Positions 1 through 9,258 of a stretch of 60,891 nt of DNA are shown piece after piece (the first letter of the stretch is position 1; every line of letters begins with the position of its first letter). Source of the stretch: an uncultured Oligoflexia bacterium (GTDB lineage Bacteria > Bdellovibrionota > UBA1018 > UBA923). The stretch lies in the NCBI GenBank assembly GCA_964649095.1, contig CAZYPH010000001.1, positions 1 to 60,891 of the forward strand. Reading direction: 5' to 3'. The notes under the pieces were generated by a model. It did not search any database, had not been told where the DNA came from, and saw only the letters and a program-made list of their open reading frames with translations. A program made the position numbers and the translations under genes.

Positions 1-790
1 TATCCAGATTCTCTAGAGCTTGCAAGGCCGGCCCCGCCTGCCAGTGTGGTGGGAATATCGGCCTTCCGGGGAAACACTCACTCAGGGCCAATTGGCCCTC
101 GACTGTCACCGGTGGTAAACTGGTGGCGTTAAACGCCTGACGTAGGCTTTGGCAGGCTTCTACTGAAACCATCCCCCCACGCTCAAACTGCTGTTGCACG
201 TATTGGGCGTTTTGAATGGCTGTGCGCATACAACCAGTGGCCGAAACGCCTCTCTCACCGGGCTGCACACCTCCGTAACGCAGGCCGCCATCGTGACCGC
301 ACCTTAAGCGCACATACTCAAACACACTAGGCGGCAACTCGGCATACCGCGGCGCCATCGCCACTTCAGGCCGCACTGTTTGCGTCGCCCTCACTTGGCG
401 CGCGACGTTTTCAATACACGACAGGTCATTCTGTCGGTCCGCAGGATCGTCGTGAGCCACAAAATTCTCACCACGGCCGTCGGTAATGATACGACATTGG
501 CCCGCCGTTGCGGCGTTGCCATTAATACCCTCGGCTACACGCATAATTCCGGGGTCTAACACCCCAGGTGTTGCCGGTGCGTCAGCTACTGGCGCTGCTG
601 TCGTTGCTGGGACCGCCCCCACAGCCGCCCCTGTCGGAGCCGGAGCAGGTGTGGCTTGCGGACTAGTACCAGGTCCGCGGGATCGCGGGGGCGTCTGTGC
701 TGCGGCATCGAGGGCCATGGCCCCCAGATAACTTACGATACAAACAGCATACAAATTCCAGTGTGCGAAGGGTTTTAAGTGTTTCAACAT
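1..790 (-). CDS. secreted protein, C-terminal part cut by window edge (absent from supplied ORF track)
   Basis: My own translation of the minus strand from ATG (790..788) gives 263 uninterrupted codons down to position 2. It starts MLKHLKPFAHWNLYAVCIVSYLGAMALDAAAQ (signal-peptide-like), continues with a Pro/Ala/Thr-rich linker (TPPRSRGPGTSPQATPAPAPTGAAVGAVPATTAAPVADAPATPG), then a Cys-containing domain. The + strand ORFs 486..731 and 697..1038 are antisense shadows of it. Confidence 0.6.
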   Translation of the reverse strand, partial: MLKHLKPFAHWNLYAVCIVSYLGAMALDAAAQTPPRSRGPGTSPQATPAPAPTGAAVGAVPATTAAPVADAPATPGVLDPGIMRVAEGINGNAATAGQCRIITDGRGENFVAHDDPADRQNDLSCIENVARQVRATQTVRPEVAMAPRYAELPPSVFEYVRLRCGHDGGLRYGGVQPGERGVSATGCMRTAIQNAQYVQQQFERGGMVSVEACQSLRQAFNATSLPPVTVEGQLALSECFPGRPIFPPHWQAGPALQALENLD

Positions 791-883
791 GTGACGGCAT
801 CCACGTTAATAAAATCAATTCAAAAGATTGCTTACTTCTACACTACTATTTTGGCCGTTTTAGGCGCACCGGAGTAGGGGCAT

Positions 884-3388
884 TTATTGCCCCTCGGCAA
901 AATCCACAACCGACCAAAAACGCCCTAAAAAAAGGCTCTTTGACGACGGCGCCATCCAATCAAATGGTACATTTTCTACAACACCGCACTTCGGCGAATA
1001 AAAATACAGACCACGCGCTGGCTGAGGCCATGCGTTAAAATCAACTTGTACTTTTGGTGGTGTTGATCGTGAACAACCACTCTCTAACTTCAGAAGCGCT
1101 ACCAACTGCACCATGGCTTCTTCGCAGTTTGAGGCGATGGGCGCACCATTGCACACGCGCTCTCGGGCACTACGCACAGCTGTTAGGCCTTCTTGATGGA
1201 ACTGCGTCAAATTGCGTGCGCCATTCCAAACAGAAGCTACCGAGTACACCAAACCCAAAAGAACGAAACCTACTAGCAACCAACTATGACGAGAGGCCAG
1301 CGGCCGCGTAACACTAACACCGACCACTTTCGCCATCACCACACCCCAGGCCGCGGCAATCGGTAGATGCAGATAAATCCACGAATCAAACGGCCCCCAC
1401 ATGGCCATCAAAAACGTATAAATAATTATAAATATACAAAAACCGCTTACTAAAACACTTGTGCGACAGGCTGCCCATAAACCAAACGGTAAAAATACAA
1501 GCCAAGGCCCGAAATTTTTTAAAACAGGCAGAGTAAAACCAACGATGAATTTCTGCACAAAACCAAAGTTAAAAATAGCACCCAACGAAAACATTCGTGC
1601 CGCATAGGCTCGCGGCAACAACCACAGAATACCAAGAAAGAGCAGCATGGCAGCGATAATGGGTACACTCGATTTAAAGAAGCTCGTAAGCGCTTGCAAG
1701 CCACGGTGACGAGAGTGGGCCAAAAGGTGGGCATAGCGCAAACCAACCAGAATCACGCCACCCACAAAAAACGTCTCTTTCGAGGCACAACTCAACAAAA
1801 ACAGCGGCACGGCTAACCAGGCATTTTCTACAAATAAAAGGGCTGCAAAAAAGAATATCAATGCCCACGTCTCGGCCGCTGTTAAATAGAACAACCAAAA
1901 CTTAAAGACTAACGACGACAGAATAAAAAATACAGAAAGCCATCGTTCGAATCGTGAGAACGAATATTTTTTAAGTAAAAGATTCGTTATATACAGAAAA
2001 ATAGATGCTCTTAAAAAATACGCCACATGCAACCAAAACGGGCTCGTTCCAAATACTTTAAAAACTACGGCGCGCAGGTAAATATCTACTGGTCGAAAGC
2101 GCCCACCTTTTAATAGGCCACTATATACATCCGCAGCCCATTGCCAAACATTCGCGACCCTTAGCTCTAAAATCGTGACGTAGTCGTCCATAAAACCTAA
2201 CGTCGGTTCTTGGCATAAAAAGAAATATATATATAAAATGACAGATGTAATCAAACCCAGCAGGAGTGGCCCCAACAAAACACTCCCCATCTGTTCCAAT
2301 GTTGCAGTCACGCCGCCTAATACATAGGCCGCACACATCTTAAGACGGCGAAAAAAAGCCAACGACGTCTCGCCTTGCCGATCACTCCATACGGCGCCGC
2401 ACTGCTGAAACGTTTGAGCCACTGGTGGCGTCTTCAACACAGACCATGATATCGGCGCCAAGGGGCGTTTCCATTTTAGCCGTAAATACTCCACATTCAG
2501 TTCATAGAGTCGCACCGCTAGCGCCCTATCAATAACCTCGCCGAACGCACCACCACGCCCAACGGCCTCTGTCTTTAAACGCCTTAAATAGTCGACGAGT
2601 TCTTGCTCCGCCAAAAGGGCCTTTTGACGCCCTAGATTAAACGCGTGTTTGCGCCAGACCGATACGGGCTTCGATACAAAGTGCACCCGCCCCAACGTCG
2701 CGAGCCGAATCCAAACCGGATACTCACCAATATTGCGATAGCGCCCATCGAACACTACAGCGGGAACACGACGAAACAAACAGGCCCCCGCACCAATCGC
2801 ATTGCGTTCGAGCAAGTGGCCCAACACCGACGCTGGCTTCGCATTAAATTCCGCAACGGCAGGATAGTCTTGGATATTGGGCCAGAGCCTGGTCGGGGCC
2901 GAGTCCATCAAACGCACAAGCCCTTCAGAATCTAAAAAACTTGCGGCATAGGCATTGGCCCGCAATACAGCGTCGTCGATTTCCGCAACCTGTCCAAACA
3001 CCAGTTGCACAGAGGGGTCATCAAAGGCATCAATCAGATCGGAACACTTATTGGGCAGATACAAATCATCCGAATCTAATAGCCCAACAATCGATCCACG
3101 AGCCTCTGCCAAAGCCCGATTACGCGAGGCCTCCTGGCCCATATTTTGGGTATTTTTCAAAACACGAATACGGTCGGGATATTTTTTGGCGTAGGCCTCG
3201 GCAATTTCAAACGAGCGGTCGGTCGACTGGTCATCAACGATGATATGTTCTACTAAAATCGGCTGCCCTGCTGTCGACACCAGCTTTTGATTCAGCACCG
3301 ACTCAATGCAACCCGCAATAAAGGCCTCATGATTGTAGCTGGCCGTAAGTACACTAACGACGATTGGTTGTTTAGGTGACGCCGACAC
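884..3388 (-). CDS. family-2 glycosyltransferase fused to a large polytopic (GT-C-like) membrane domain
   Basis: 834-aa ORF. The N-terminus has GT2 hallmarks (VSVLTASYNHEAFIAGCIESVLNQ, DDQSTDRS, DxD-like LDSDD). From about aa 350 there are at least 11 hydrophobic helices, and the first loop carries an acidic FMDDY motif. Confidence 0.8.
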   Translation of the reverse strand: MSASPKQPIVVSVLTASYNHEAFIAGCIESVLNQKLVSTAGQPILVEHIIVDDQSTDRSFEIAEAYAKKYPDRIRVLKNTQNMGQEASRNRALAEARGSIVGLLDSDDLYLPNKCSDLIDAFDDPSVQLVFGQVAEIDDAVLRANAYAASFLDSEGLVRLMDSAPTRLWPNIQDYPAVAEFNAKPASVLGHLLERNAIGAGACLFRRVPAVVFDGRYRNIGEYPVWIRLATLGRVHFVSKPVSVWRKHAFNLGRQKALLAEQELVDYLRRLKTEAVGRGGAFGEVIDRALAVRLYELNVEYLRLKWKRPLAPISWSVLKTPPVAQTFQQCGAVWSDRQGETSLAFFRRLKMCAAYVLGGVTATLEQMGSVLLGPLLLGLITSVILYIYFFLCQEPTLGFMDDYVTILELRVANVWQWAADVYSGLLKGGRFRPVDIYLRAVVFKVFGTSPFWLHVAYFLRASIFLYITNLLLKKYSFSRFERWLSVFFILSSLVFKFWLFYLTAAETWALIFFFAALLFVENAWLAVPLFLLSCASKETFFVGGVILVGLRYAHLLAHSRHRGLQALTSFFKSSVPIIAAMLLFLGILWLLPRAYAARMFSLGAIFNFGFVQKFIVGFTLPVLKNFGPWLVFLPFGLWAACRTSVLVSGFCIFIIIYTFLMAMWGPFDSWIYLHLPIAAAWGVVMAKVVGVSVTRPLASRHSWLLVGFVLLGLVYSVASVWNGARNLTQFHQEGLTAVRSARERVCNGAPIASNCEEAMVQLVALLKLESGCSRSTPPKVQVDFNAWPQPARGLYFYSPKCGVVENVPFDWMAPSSKSLFLGRFWSVVDFAEGQ

Positions 3389-3401
3389 AGTAAGTTACCT
3401 C

Positions 3402-3488
3402 AAAAAAAAAGCCGAACGTAGTAATATTTAAAAACAGTTATTACTGTTTCTATATATTGAATAAACAATATATATTACTATGCTCGGC
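3402..3488 (-). terminator. rho-independent terminator downstream of tig
   Basis: 17-nt arms gccgaacgtagtaatat (3411..3427) and atattactatgctcggc (3472..3488) pair with one mismatch and one G-U. The loop holds an inner hairpin aaacagt/actgttt. On the minus strand the stem is followed by a 9-U run (A-run 3402..3410). Confidence 0.65.
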
Positions 3489-3512
3489 TTCGAGATTTAA
3501 AACAAATCTAAA

Positions 3513-4859
3513 TTAAGCGATTTTGACTTTCTCCAAAACCCACTGAATGGCGCGTTCTTCTCGTAAACGGAATCGTAGCTGACGTAAGGCTTCAGGATCT
3601 TGCGCATAACTCTGCGCAACATCGGCTGCCGTTGCTTTAAAACGCTCACCAATACGAGCAAATTCAAATTCTAAATCTTTATCATTTACATCGATACTCT
3701 CACGACGCGCCAAAGCATCGAGAATCAATGACACACGCACCTGATCACGCGCACGGTCTTTTAACGCCTCTTTTGTTCTCTCAAGATAATCACGAATAGC
3801 ATCATCCGACATGCCCTGTTGTTTCATCACGCGTGCGTTTTCTTTTAACAGGTAATCGAACTGCGTACTTACCATAGCCGTCGGAACATCAAACGTATGT
3901 GCTTTCACCACACTCTCTAAAGTACGTTCACGCAATAATTCGTCATTACGTTTTTCGATGTCAGCACGAAGCATTTTTTCTACTTCAGACTTTAACTCTT
4001 CAACCGAATTAGAACGAATTTGCTTCGCAAAAGCATCGTCTAAAGCGGGAACATTTTTTGTCTTAAAACCATGTACGGTAATTTCAAACTTAGCAGTTTT
4101 ATTAGCCAACAATGGCTCTGGAAAAGCTTCTGGGAAATCAACCGACACAGTTTTTACATCGCCCTTTTTCATGCCAATGATGCCGTTTTCAAAAGCTTCC
4201 ATGTATTGTTTAGCGCCCAACTCCACATCACGATTCGAGCCTTGAAGCGAATCTAAAGGTTCGCCATCTACTTTACCCGCAAATGAAATGGTAACGATAT
4301 CGCCTTCTACTGCTGGGCCTTCAGCATCGCTATCAGCAATAGTAGCATGTTGGTTGCGTAGATTTTCAATCGTCTTTTCTACTAAATCTGGCGTGAAAAC
4401 ATTTTCAGGTTTTTTCACTTCTAATTTTGCGAAATCAGCCAATTCGATCTCAGGATAAATCTCAACGGTCGCACGAAAAACAAATGGCTCTGACAATTCT
4501 AACGTCACGTTTTTTTCAGGTACGATCTGAGGCTGACCGACCGGATTTAATTTGTGCTCGATTAAAGCCTGGTAATATGAGTAGTTCACTAATTCGTTGA
4601 AGGCATCCAATCGGATATCCGTCATAAAAAACTGTCTCACCAAATTGACAGGTACTTTACCGGGACGAAAGCCTTTCAATTTTGCTTTTTTCTGAACTTT
4701 GCCCACCTGAGCATTAATAGCTTGTTCAATCGCGTCTGGAGCCACGGAAACCGTGATCTCACGTGAAATCGGCCCCTTCACGTTCAATTTGATATCAAAT
4801 GATTTTAGGTCAAAAGTTTTAGCGGGATTGGGATTTGTGGATTTTTCTGTATTCAACAT
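3513..4859 (-). CDS. tig: trigger factor
   Basis: The N-terminal ribosome-binding signature GFRPGKVP is present, with an FKBP-like middle domain and a helical C-terminal domain. I trimmed the start to ATG at 4859 (MLNTEKST...) so that it no longer overlaps truA; the track's longer start is at 4958. Confidence 0.9.
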   Translation of the reverse strand: MLNTEKSTNPNPAKTFDLKSFDIKLNVKGPISREITVSVAPDAIEQAINAQVGKVQKKAKLKGFRPGKVPVNLVRQFFMTDIRLDAFNELVNYSYYQALIEHKLNPVGQPQIVPEKNVTLELSEPFVFRATVEIYPEIELADFAKLEVKKPENVFTPDLVEKTIENLRNQHATIADSDAEGPAVEGDIVTISFAGKVDGEPLDSLQGSNRDVELGAKQYMEAFENGIIGMKKGDVKTVSVDFPEAFPEPLLANKTAKFEITVHGFKTKNVPALDDAFAKQIRSNSVEELKSEVEKMLRADIEKRNDELLRERTLESVVKAHTFDVPTAMVSTQFDYLLKENARVMKQQGMSDDAIRDYLERTKEALKDRARDQVRVSLILDALARRESIDVNDKDLEFEFARIGERFKATAADVAQSYAQDPEALRQLRFRLREERAIQWVLEKVKIA

Positions 4860-4893
4860 AATGGGCGAAAAGTATTGAAGATTAGCGAAATAA

Positions 4894-5778
4894 TCAAGTT
4901 TTTGCTGGGTAATAAACATCCCACAACCAAAGGCCATGAGGCGGTGCTGTAGGCCCAATGTTCAATCGATTGGGTTGGTGTATTAAGCGCTGCATGTAGT
5001 CGACATCGGCGGCTACGACGGGGCCTGTGTGCTCTAAACGTACGGTTTTATTGCTGCCAATCAGAACTAACGTGCCGACAATGCTACGGACCATATTTTT
5101 CAAAAAACCACTGCCCACCACTTCAAAAATTAATAATTCGCTACCCACCTTAATCGAGGCCTTATAAATCGTACGACGCGTCGTTTTTACGGTCGACCCG
5201 GCCCCACAGAAACTAGCAAAATCATGTGTGCCTATTAGTAATTGCGTGGCCCGTTGCATTTGCTCGAGATTCAGTGGGTATCTTAGATGCCAACTATAAT
5301 GCCTTAGAAACGGCAACTGCACTTTCGATTGGTCGATGAGATAAATATATTTTTTTCGACACGCATCGCGCTGCGCATGAAAGTCGGATGCCACCGGATC
5401 GATTTTGAGCACCCGAATATCTGTCGGCAAAATACTGTTTAGCCCATGCACCAGATGTGCACCGGGGGCATCTAATACTTCTGAAACGAATCCTGACTTA
5501 CTAGTCGGCAGTGACTTGTGTTTAAAAAACCGCTCAAAACCAGCCACCGGTATGCGGGCATGTGCAACCTGAACGCGTGCATGTACACCTGCATCGGTGC
5601 GGCCAGAAGCTTGTATAGAGATTTTACTATTTAATAATCTTGAGAATCGGTTTTCTAAAACCTCTTGCACTGTCTGCAGTGAGCCGACCTGACGTTGCCA
5701 GCCATGATAATGGGTACCGTCGTAACTGATATAAATTCTAATTTTAACCGTGGAATCAGAACTCAAACGACAATCCAA
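4894..5778 (-). CDS. truA: tRNA pseudouridine(38-40) synthase
   Basis: Motifs YDGTHYHGWQRQ and SGRTDAGVHA (catalytic Asp). The start is uncertain: TTG at 5778 overlaps the upstream gene by 23 nt. Confidence 0.88.
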   Translation of the reverse strand: MDCRLSSDSTVKIRIYISYDGTHYHGWQRQVGSLQTVQEVLENRFSRLLNSKISIQASGRTDAGVHARVQVAHARIPVAGFERFFKHKSLPTSKSGFVSEVLDAPGAHLVHGLNSILPTDIRVLKIDPVASDFHAQRDACRKKYIYLIDQSKVQLPFLRHYSWHLRYPLNLEQMQRATQLLIGTHDFASFCGAGSTVKTTRRTIYKASIKVGSELLIFEVVGSGFLKNMVRSIVGTLVLIGSNKTVRLEHTGPVVAADVDYMQRLIHQPNRLNIGPTAPPHGLWLWDVYYPAKT

Positions 5779-6733
5779 TCAGCAGTGCGTTGTTATCAAA
5801 ATCGACTCCACCCGATATCGTACGAATGATTTCGTAATTCACTTGTAGATACGAATGCCAGATGGCGTTACTGCCATACTGCGACCACGCGTCTTTACGT
5901 GAAATCCAGTCTAGTGGCACTGACACACCCACTTGCATACGATAGCCGCGAGACAACGCCTTGCGATTAGGCTTTTCATCAGACCGGGTTTCTAAAAAAG
6001 GCAGCACCAACGCCCCAACTTCAATACGTGGGACTAAAATACGCAAGGCCGTGAACCGGTAGGCGGCACCAACACTAGTCGGTATGGCAAAAAAACGAAA
6101 CTGCGTGTCACTAACAGTACCCTGTTGCGTAAACACCCCTTTTCCTGAGGCAAACAAGACCCCTAAGTGACCCGTCGCCGCCAAAATACCCAACCACTTA
6201 TGACGTAAAAACTGCCATTCATAAAACATGTCAACGTAAGGCACCCAGCGATTGGCGGTATTATAAACCAACTCGAAGGGGTTAGCCTGATTCGTCGTCG
6301 AGCTCACTTTTAACTGGTTACTCATACTGACTTGCAGACCTGCAGCATGCGCAATTTCACCTGCCATTTTGGGCTCAAGTGTCGATGATTTCTGTAGCTG
6401 ATCGATATACGAGCCCTTTTTGGGCGGCGATGGGTCGGACTTTTCTACACTACCCGAATTGATCTCTTCTGCTGTGGCAGTTTGTTTTTCTTTTAACGCG
6501 TCGATATACGGCTGTGAAACCGCCTCTGAGGATTGAGAAGGTTTTGTTTTTTGTTCTTGCGATGGCGCTAGATAATCAATTTTAGGTTTAGGAGTGACGT
6601 TATAACGCTCTTTTAAAGTCTCGGTGTACGACTGTTGCTCACGCGCTAAACCACCACCGATTGCCCAGAGAGAATTCGGCAAAGCTGACACTGCAACGGA
6701 GAGTAACAGAACCAGCCAAACGTATTTTTTCAA
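5756..6733 (-). CDS. outer-membrane beta-barrel-type protein, unknown function
   Basis: Signal peptide MKKYVWLVLLLSVAVSALPNSLWA, a low-complexity Ser/Lys/Glu-rich N-terminal region, a C-terminal half with alternating hydrophobic residues, and an OMP-style terminal LLIGLSFEF. Confidence 0.65.
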   Translation of the reverse strand: MKKYVWLVLLLSVAVSALPNSLWAIGGGLAREQQSYTETLKERYNVTPKPKIDYLAPSQEQKTKPSQSSEAVSQPYIDALKEKQTATAEEINSGSVEKSDPSPPKKGSYIDQLQKSSTLEPKMAGEIAHAAGLQVSMSNQLKVSSTTNQANPFELVYNTANRWVPYVDMFYEWQFLRHKWLGILAATGHLGVLFASGKGVFTQQGTVSDTQFRFFAIPTSVGAAYRFTALRILVPRIEVGALVLPFLETRSDEKPNRKALSRGYRMQVGVSVPLDWISRKDAWSQYGSNAIWHSYLQVNYEIIRTISGGVDFDNNALLIGLSFEF

Positions 6734-6775
6734 GATAGCTCCGATTGTATATACCGTATTAAATATATAAGTTAC

Positions 6776-8077
6776 TTAATACCCAAACCAAGAGAGAACA
6801 GACTCCACGCAACTCAACGCGTAATATGAAATTTTTTTCAGTAACGGGTTTTCACGAATTATTTGGGCCCATAGTGGTCCGTAGGTATAGTATTTCAAAA
6901 TCAAGGCCCGCCCTATCGTAGTCTCAATGAGAAACTGGTCCCGAAAGGCTCGAAACGTATTTAATCGTAAACGATCTTGCGCGCCGAAAGTGGCTTCTGC
7001 GATAAAACATTTATTGTCCTGTAAAAATCCATCTACCAGCGCTGGTGTGGCGCAACGGGCGGTATCGGCCACACTGCCATTAGTGAATGTATCGCTCCAC
7101 GTCAGATCAGTAGAAACTAAACCACCCTTATTCACAAACCCAAGCGACACGCAGTACCGCGTGTCGTTCTGTAAATTACCCAATGTTTGAGTACCGCCAT
7201 TCACGTCCATCGAAACACTGGCCGTAGCCCCCGATAAGGTTACGGTAGAACTATTGGGTGCAGCGAACGCGACGGCCTGTTTAATGCCCACAGGATCGCT
7301 TGGTGGCGACGAATTGTTCACAATCGTGACACGGCCATCACCAGGCACTACTGCAAAGTTCAACGTCGGTAACGACAGCGCCCCACCGCCTGTAGTAACG
7401 TGCGGCGGGCAATCGACCAACACGATATTGACCTCGACATAATCGGCATTAGTGTCTGAAAGATTGGCACCCGCCTTAGCCAAACCAATACGTACGGTCT
7501 TCGACGTCGGCGCGCCCGTCAAACCGGGTCGTAAACACGCACCACTAAAAGCCCTATCGCAATACCCATTCGAGGAACTACCAACAAACTTCAAACGAAA
7601 CGATTTTTTGACGCCTTCGGTACGACCGTAGGCCAGCGTCTCGGACGGCACGCCCGTACCCGCATGGTCGGGTAACAATTCAATAGCATTGTTGCTGCCT
7701 GCAATCTCTGCGCGGATAACAATATCGCCATCACTAGTCGGAGCCGTACCATTATTAATTGCCGTCAATGTACGGCTTGGAGTGTACTGAAATTGTAAAC
7801 CCGTTTGATCGTCTGTTGCGGCTGTTGAATCTAAAACAGAAAGGCTCGAGGGAAATACCCGCGCCACCGCACAGGTGCCCGCGCCCACGATGGGAAAATA
7901 TATTTTACGTGTGGACGAGACCACCTCATCAGTCGCTGCGTTCGAACTCCCTAGTTCACCAGCACGCGCGCAGTCAGCAAAGCCGACTATCGTTACAAGA
8001 GTAAACACCACACACCACACACTTACTACCCATCGTTTTCGAACTGTGAAGTCGATTGAACACATTGGTTTGTGCAT
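6776..8077 (-). CDS. secreted Gly/Thr/Ser-rich beta-type protein with a C-terminal CFI...FRD...YY module
   Basis: Signal-peptide-like N-terminus (VVSVWCVVFTLVTIVGFADCARA). The last 77 aa read CFIAEATFGAQDRLRLNTFRAFRDQFLIETTIGRALILKYYTYGPLWAQIIRENPLL... Confidence 0.65.
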   Translation of the reverse strand: MHKPMCSIDFTVRKRWVVSVWCVVFTLVTIVGFADCARAGELGSSNAATDEVVSSTRKIYFPIVGAGTCAVARVFPSSLSVLDSTAATDDQTGLQFQYTPSRTLTAINNGTAPTSDGDIVIRAEIAGSNNAIELLPDHAGTGVPSETLAYGRTEGVKKSFRLKFVGSSSNGYCDRAFSGACLRPGLTGAPTSKTVRIGLAKAGANLSDTNADYVEVNIVLVDCPPHVTTGGGALSLPTLNFAVVPGDGRVTIVNNSSPPSDPVGIKQAVAFAAPNSSTVTLSGATASVSMDVNGGTQTLGNLQNDTRYCVSLGFVNKGGLVSTDLTWSDTFTNGSVADTARCATPALVDGFLQDNKCFIAEATFGAQDRLRLNTFRAFRDQFLIETTIGRALILKYYTYGPLWAQIIRENPLLKKISYYALSCVESVLSWFGY

Positions 8078-8143
8078 GGATTGGGTTCCTCGATATTATC
8101 TCGCGCTAATTAATAAGAAGTTTAATATATATAATTCTCTCTA

Positions 8144-9238
8144 TCAAACAAACGACTGCGCAATAAGTGCTTCACCAATTTGCACAGCATTTAAAGCCGC
8201 ACCCTTACGCAGATTGTCACCCACTACCCACATGGTCAGTCCAAAGCGATTGCCCTCTAACGATGGGTCCACACGCAATCGACCCACATACACATCGTCT
8301 TCACCACTAACGATACTCGCAAGAGGGTATTGATTTGTGGCGGGATCGTCATACAAACGTACACCAGGCATCGCAGCCAAAACACGTCGCGCGTCTTCTA
8401 ACGTTCCCGAACGTTCAAACTCTACCGTTACCGATTCGGAGTGGCAGTTTTCAACCGGCACACGCACACAGGTGGCTACGACTTTGATCGACTGGTCGCC
8501 TAAAATTTTCTGCGTTTCGGCCATCACTTTTTCTTCTTCGCCCGTAAAACCAGAGTCTCGAAACACATCGATATGTGGCAAACAATTGAAGGCGATCGGA
8601 TGCGGAAATGCCGACACGGTCAATGGCTTGCCGGCCACGTGCTGCTGGACTTGTAAACGAAACTCGTCAATCCCCTGCTGCCCTTTGCCACTCACGGCCT
8701 GATAACTCGCTACGACCACACGTTTGATTTTAAAGGCGTCATGCAATGGTTTTAGAGCCATTACCATTTGTGCCGTTGTACAGTTGGGATTAGCTATCAC
8801 GCGACTATGGCGGGCCATCTCTAGCGTTGCACCATTCACCTCAGGAACAACCAAGGGCACGTCGGGACGCATACGGAACAAACTGGCATTATCGATCACA
8901 TAAGCACCTTGTGATGCCGCGCGATAGGCATGCGCCTCAGACACTTTGCTGCCCGATGTAAAAAATACGATCTGAAATTTTGAAAAGTCTTGATCGGCTT
9001 TAAGCTCTTCAAAACGCAGTCCGGATGGAACGTGCTTCATATCAGTAGCGGAAACATCTAACACTCCCCCCGCACTGCGGGCCGAGGTAAACAGCGTGAC
9101 CTGCGAAAGGGGAAACTTTCTTTCGTAGAGTGTTTTAATGACTTCGCGTCCCACCGCGCCGCTAGCCCCTACGATGGCAACGGAATAACGCTTTGCGTTA
9201 TTGCCCGATAAAACTGAATTGGAATGATTGTTTTGCAT
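8144..9238 (-). CDS. asd: aspartate-semialdehyde dehydrogenase
   Basis: NAD(P)-binding VAIVGASGAVGRE, active-site NPNCTT, and C-terminal GDNLRKGAALNAVQIGE. Confidence 0.92.
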   Translation of the reverse strand: MQNNHSNSVLSGNNAKRYSVAIVGASGAVGREVIKTLYERKFPLSQVTLFTSARSAGGVLDVSATDMKHVPSGLRFEELKADQDFSKFQIVFFTSGSKVSEAHAYRAASQGAYVIDNASLFRMRPDVPLVVPEVNGATLEMARHSRVIANPNCTTAQMVMALKPLHDAFKIKRVVVASYQAVSGKGQQGIDEFRLQVQQHVAGKPLTVSAFPHPIAFNCLPHIDVFRDSGFTGEEEKVMAETQKILGDQSIKVVATCVRVPVENCHSESVTVEFERSGTLEDARRVLAAMPGVRLYDDPATNQYPLASIVSGEDDVYVGRLRVDPSLEGNRFGLTMWVVGDNLRKGAALNAVQIGEALIAQSFV

Positions 9239-9258
9239 AAAATACCTGCTTACTTCGT

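Noticed and set aside
874-892. 7-bp hairpin aggggca-ttta(t)-tgcccct overlapping the stop of the GT2-fusion gene
   Set aside because: It is a short stem with no U-run on either strand, so it is not convincing as a terminator.
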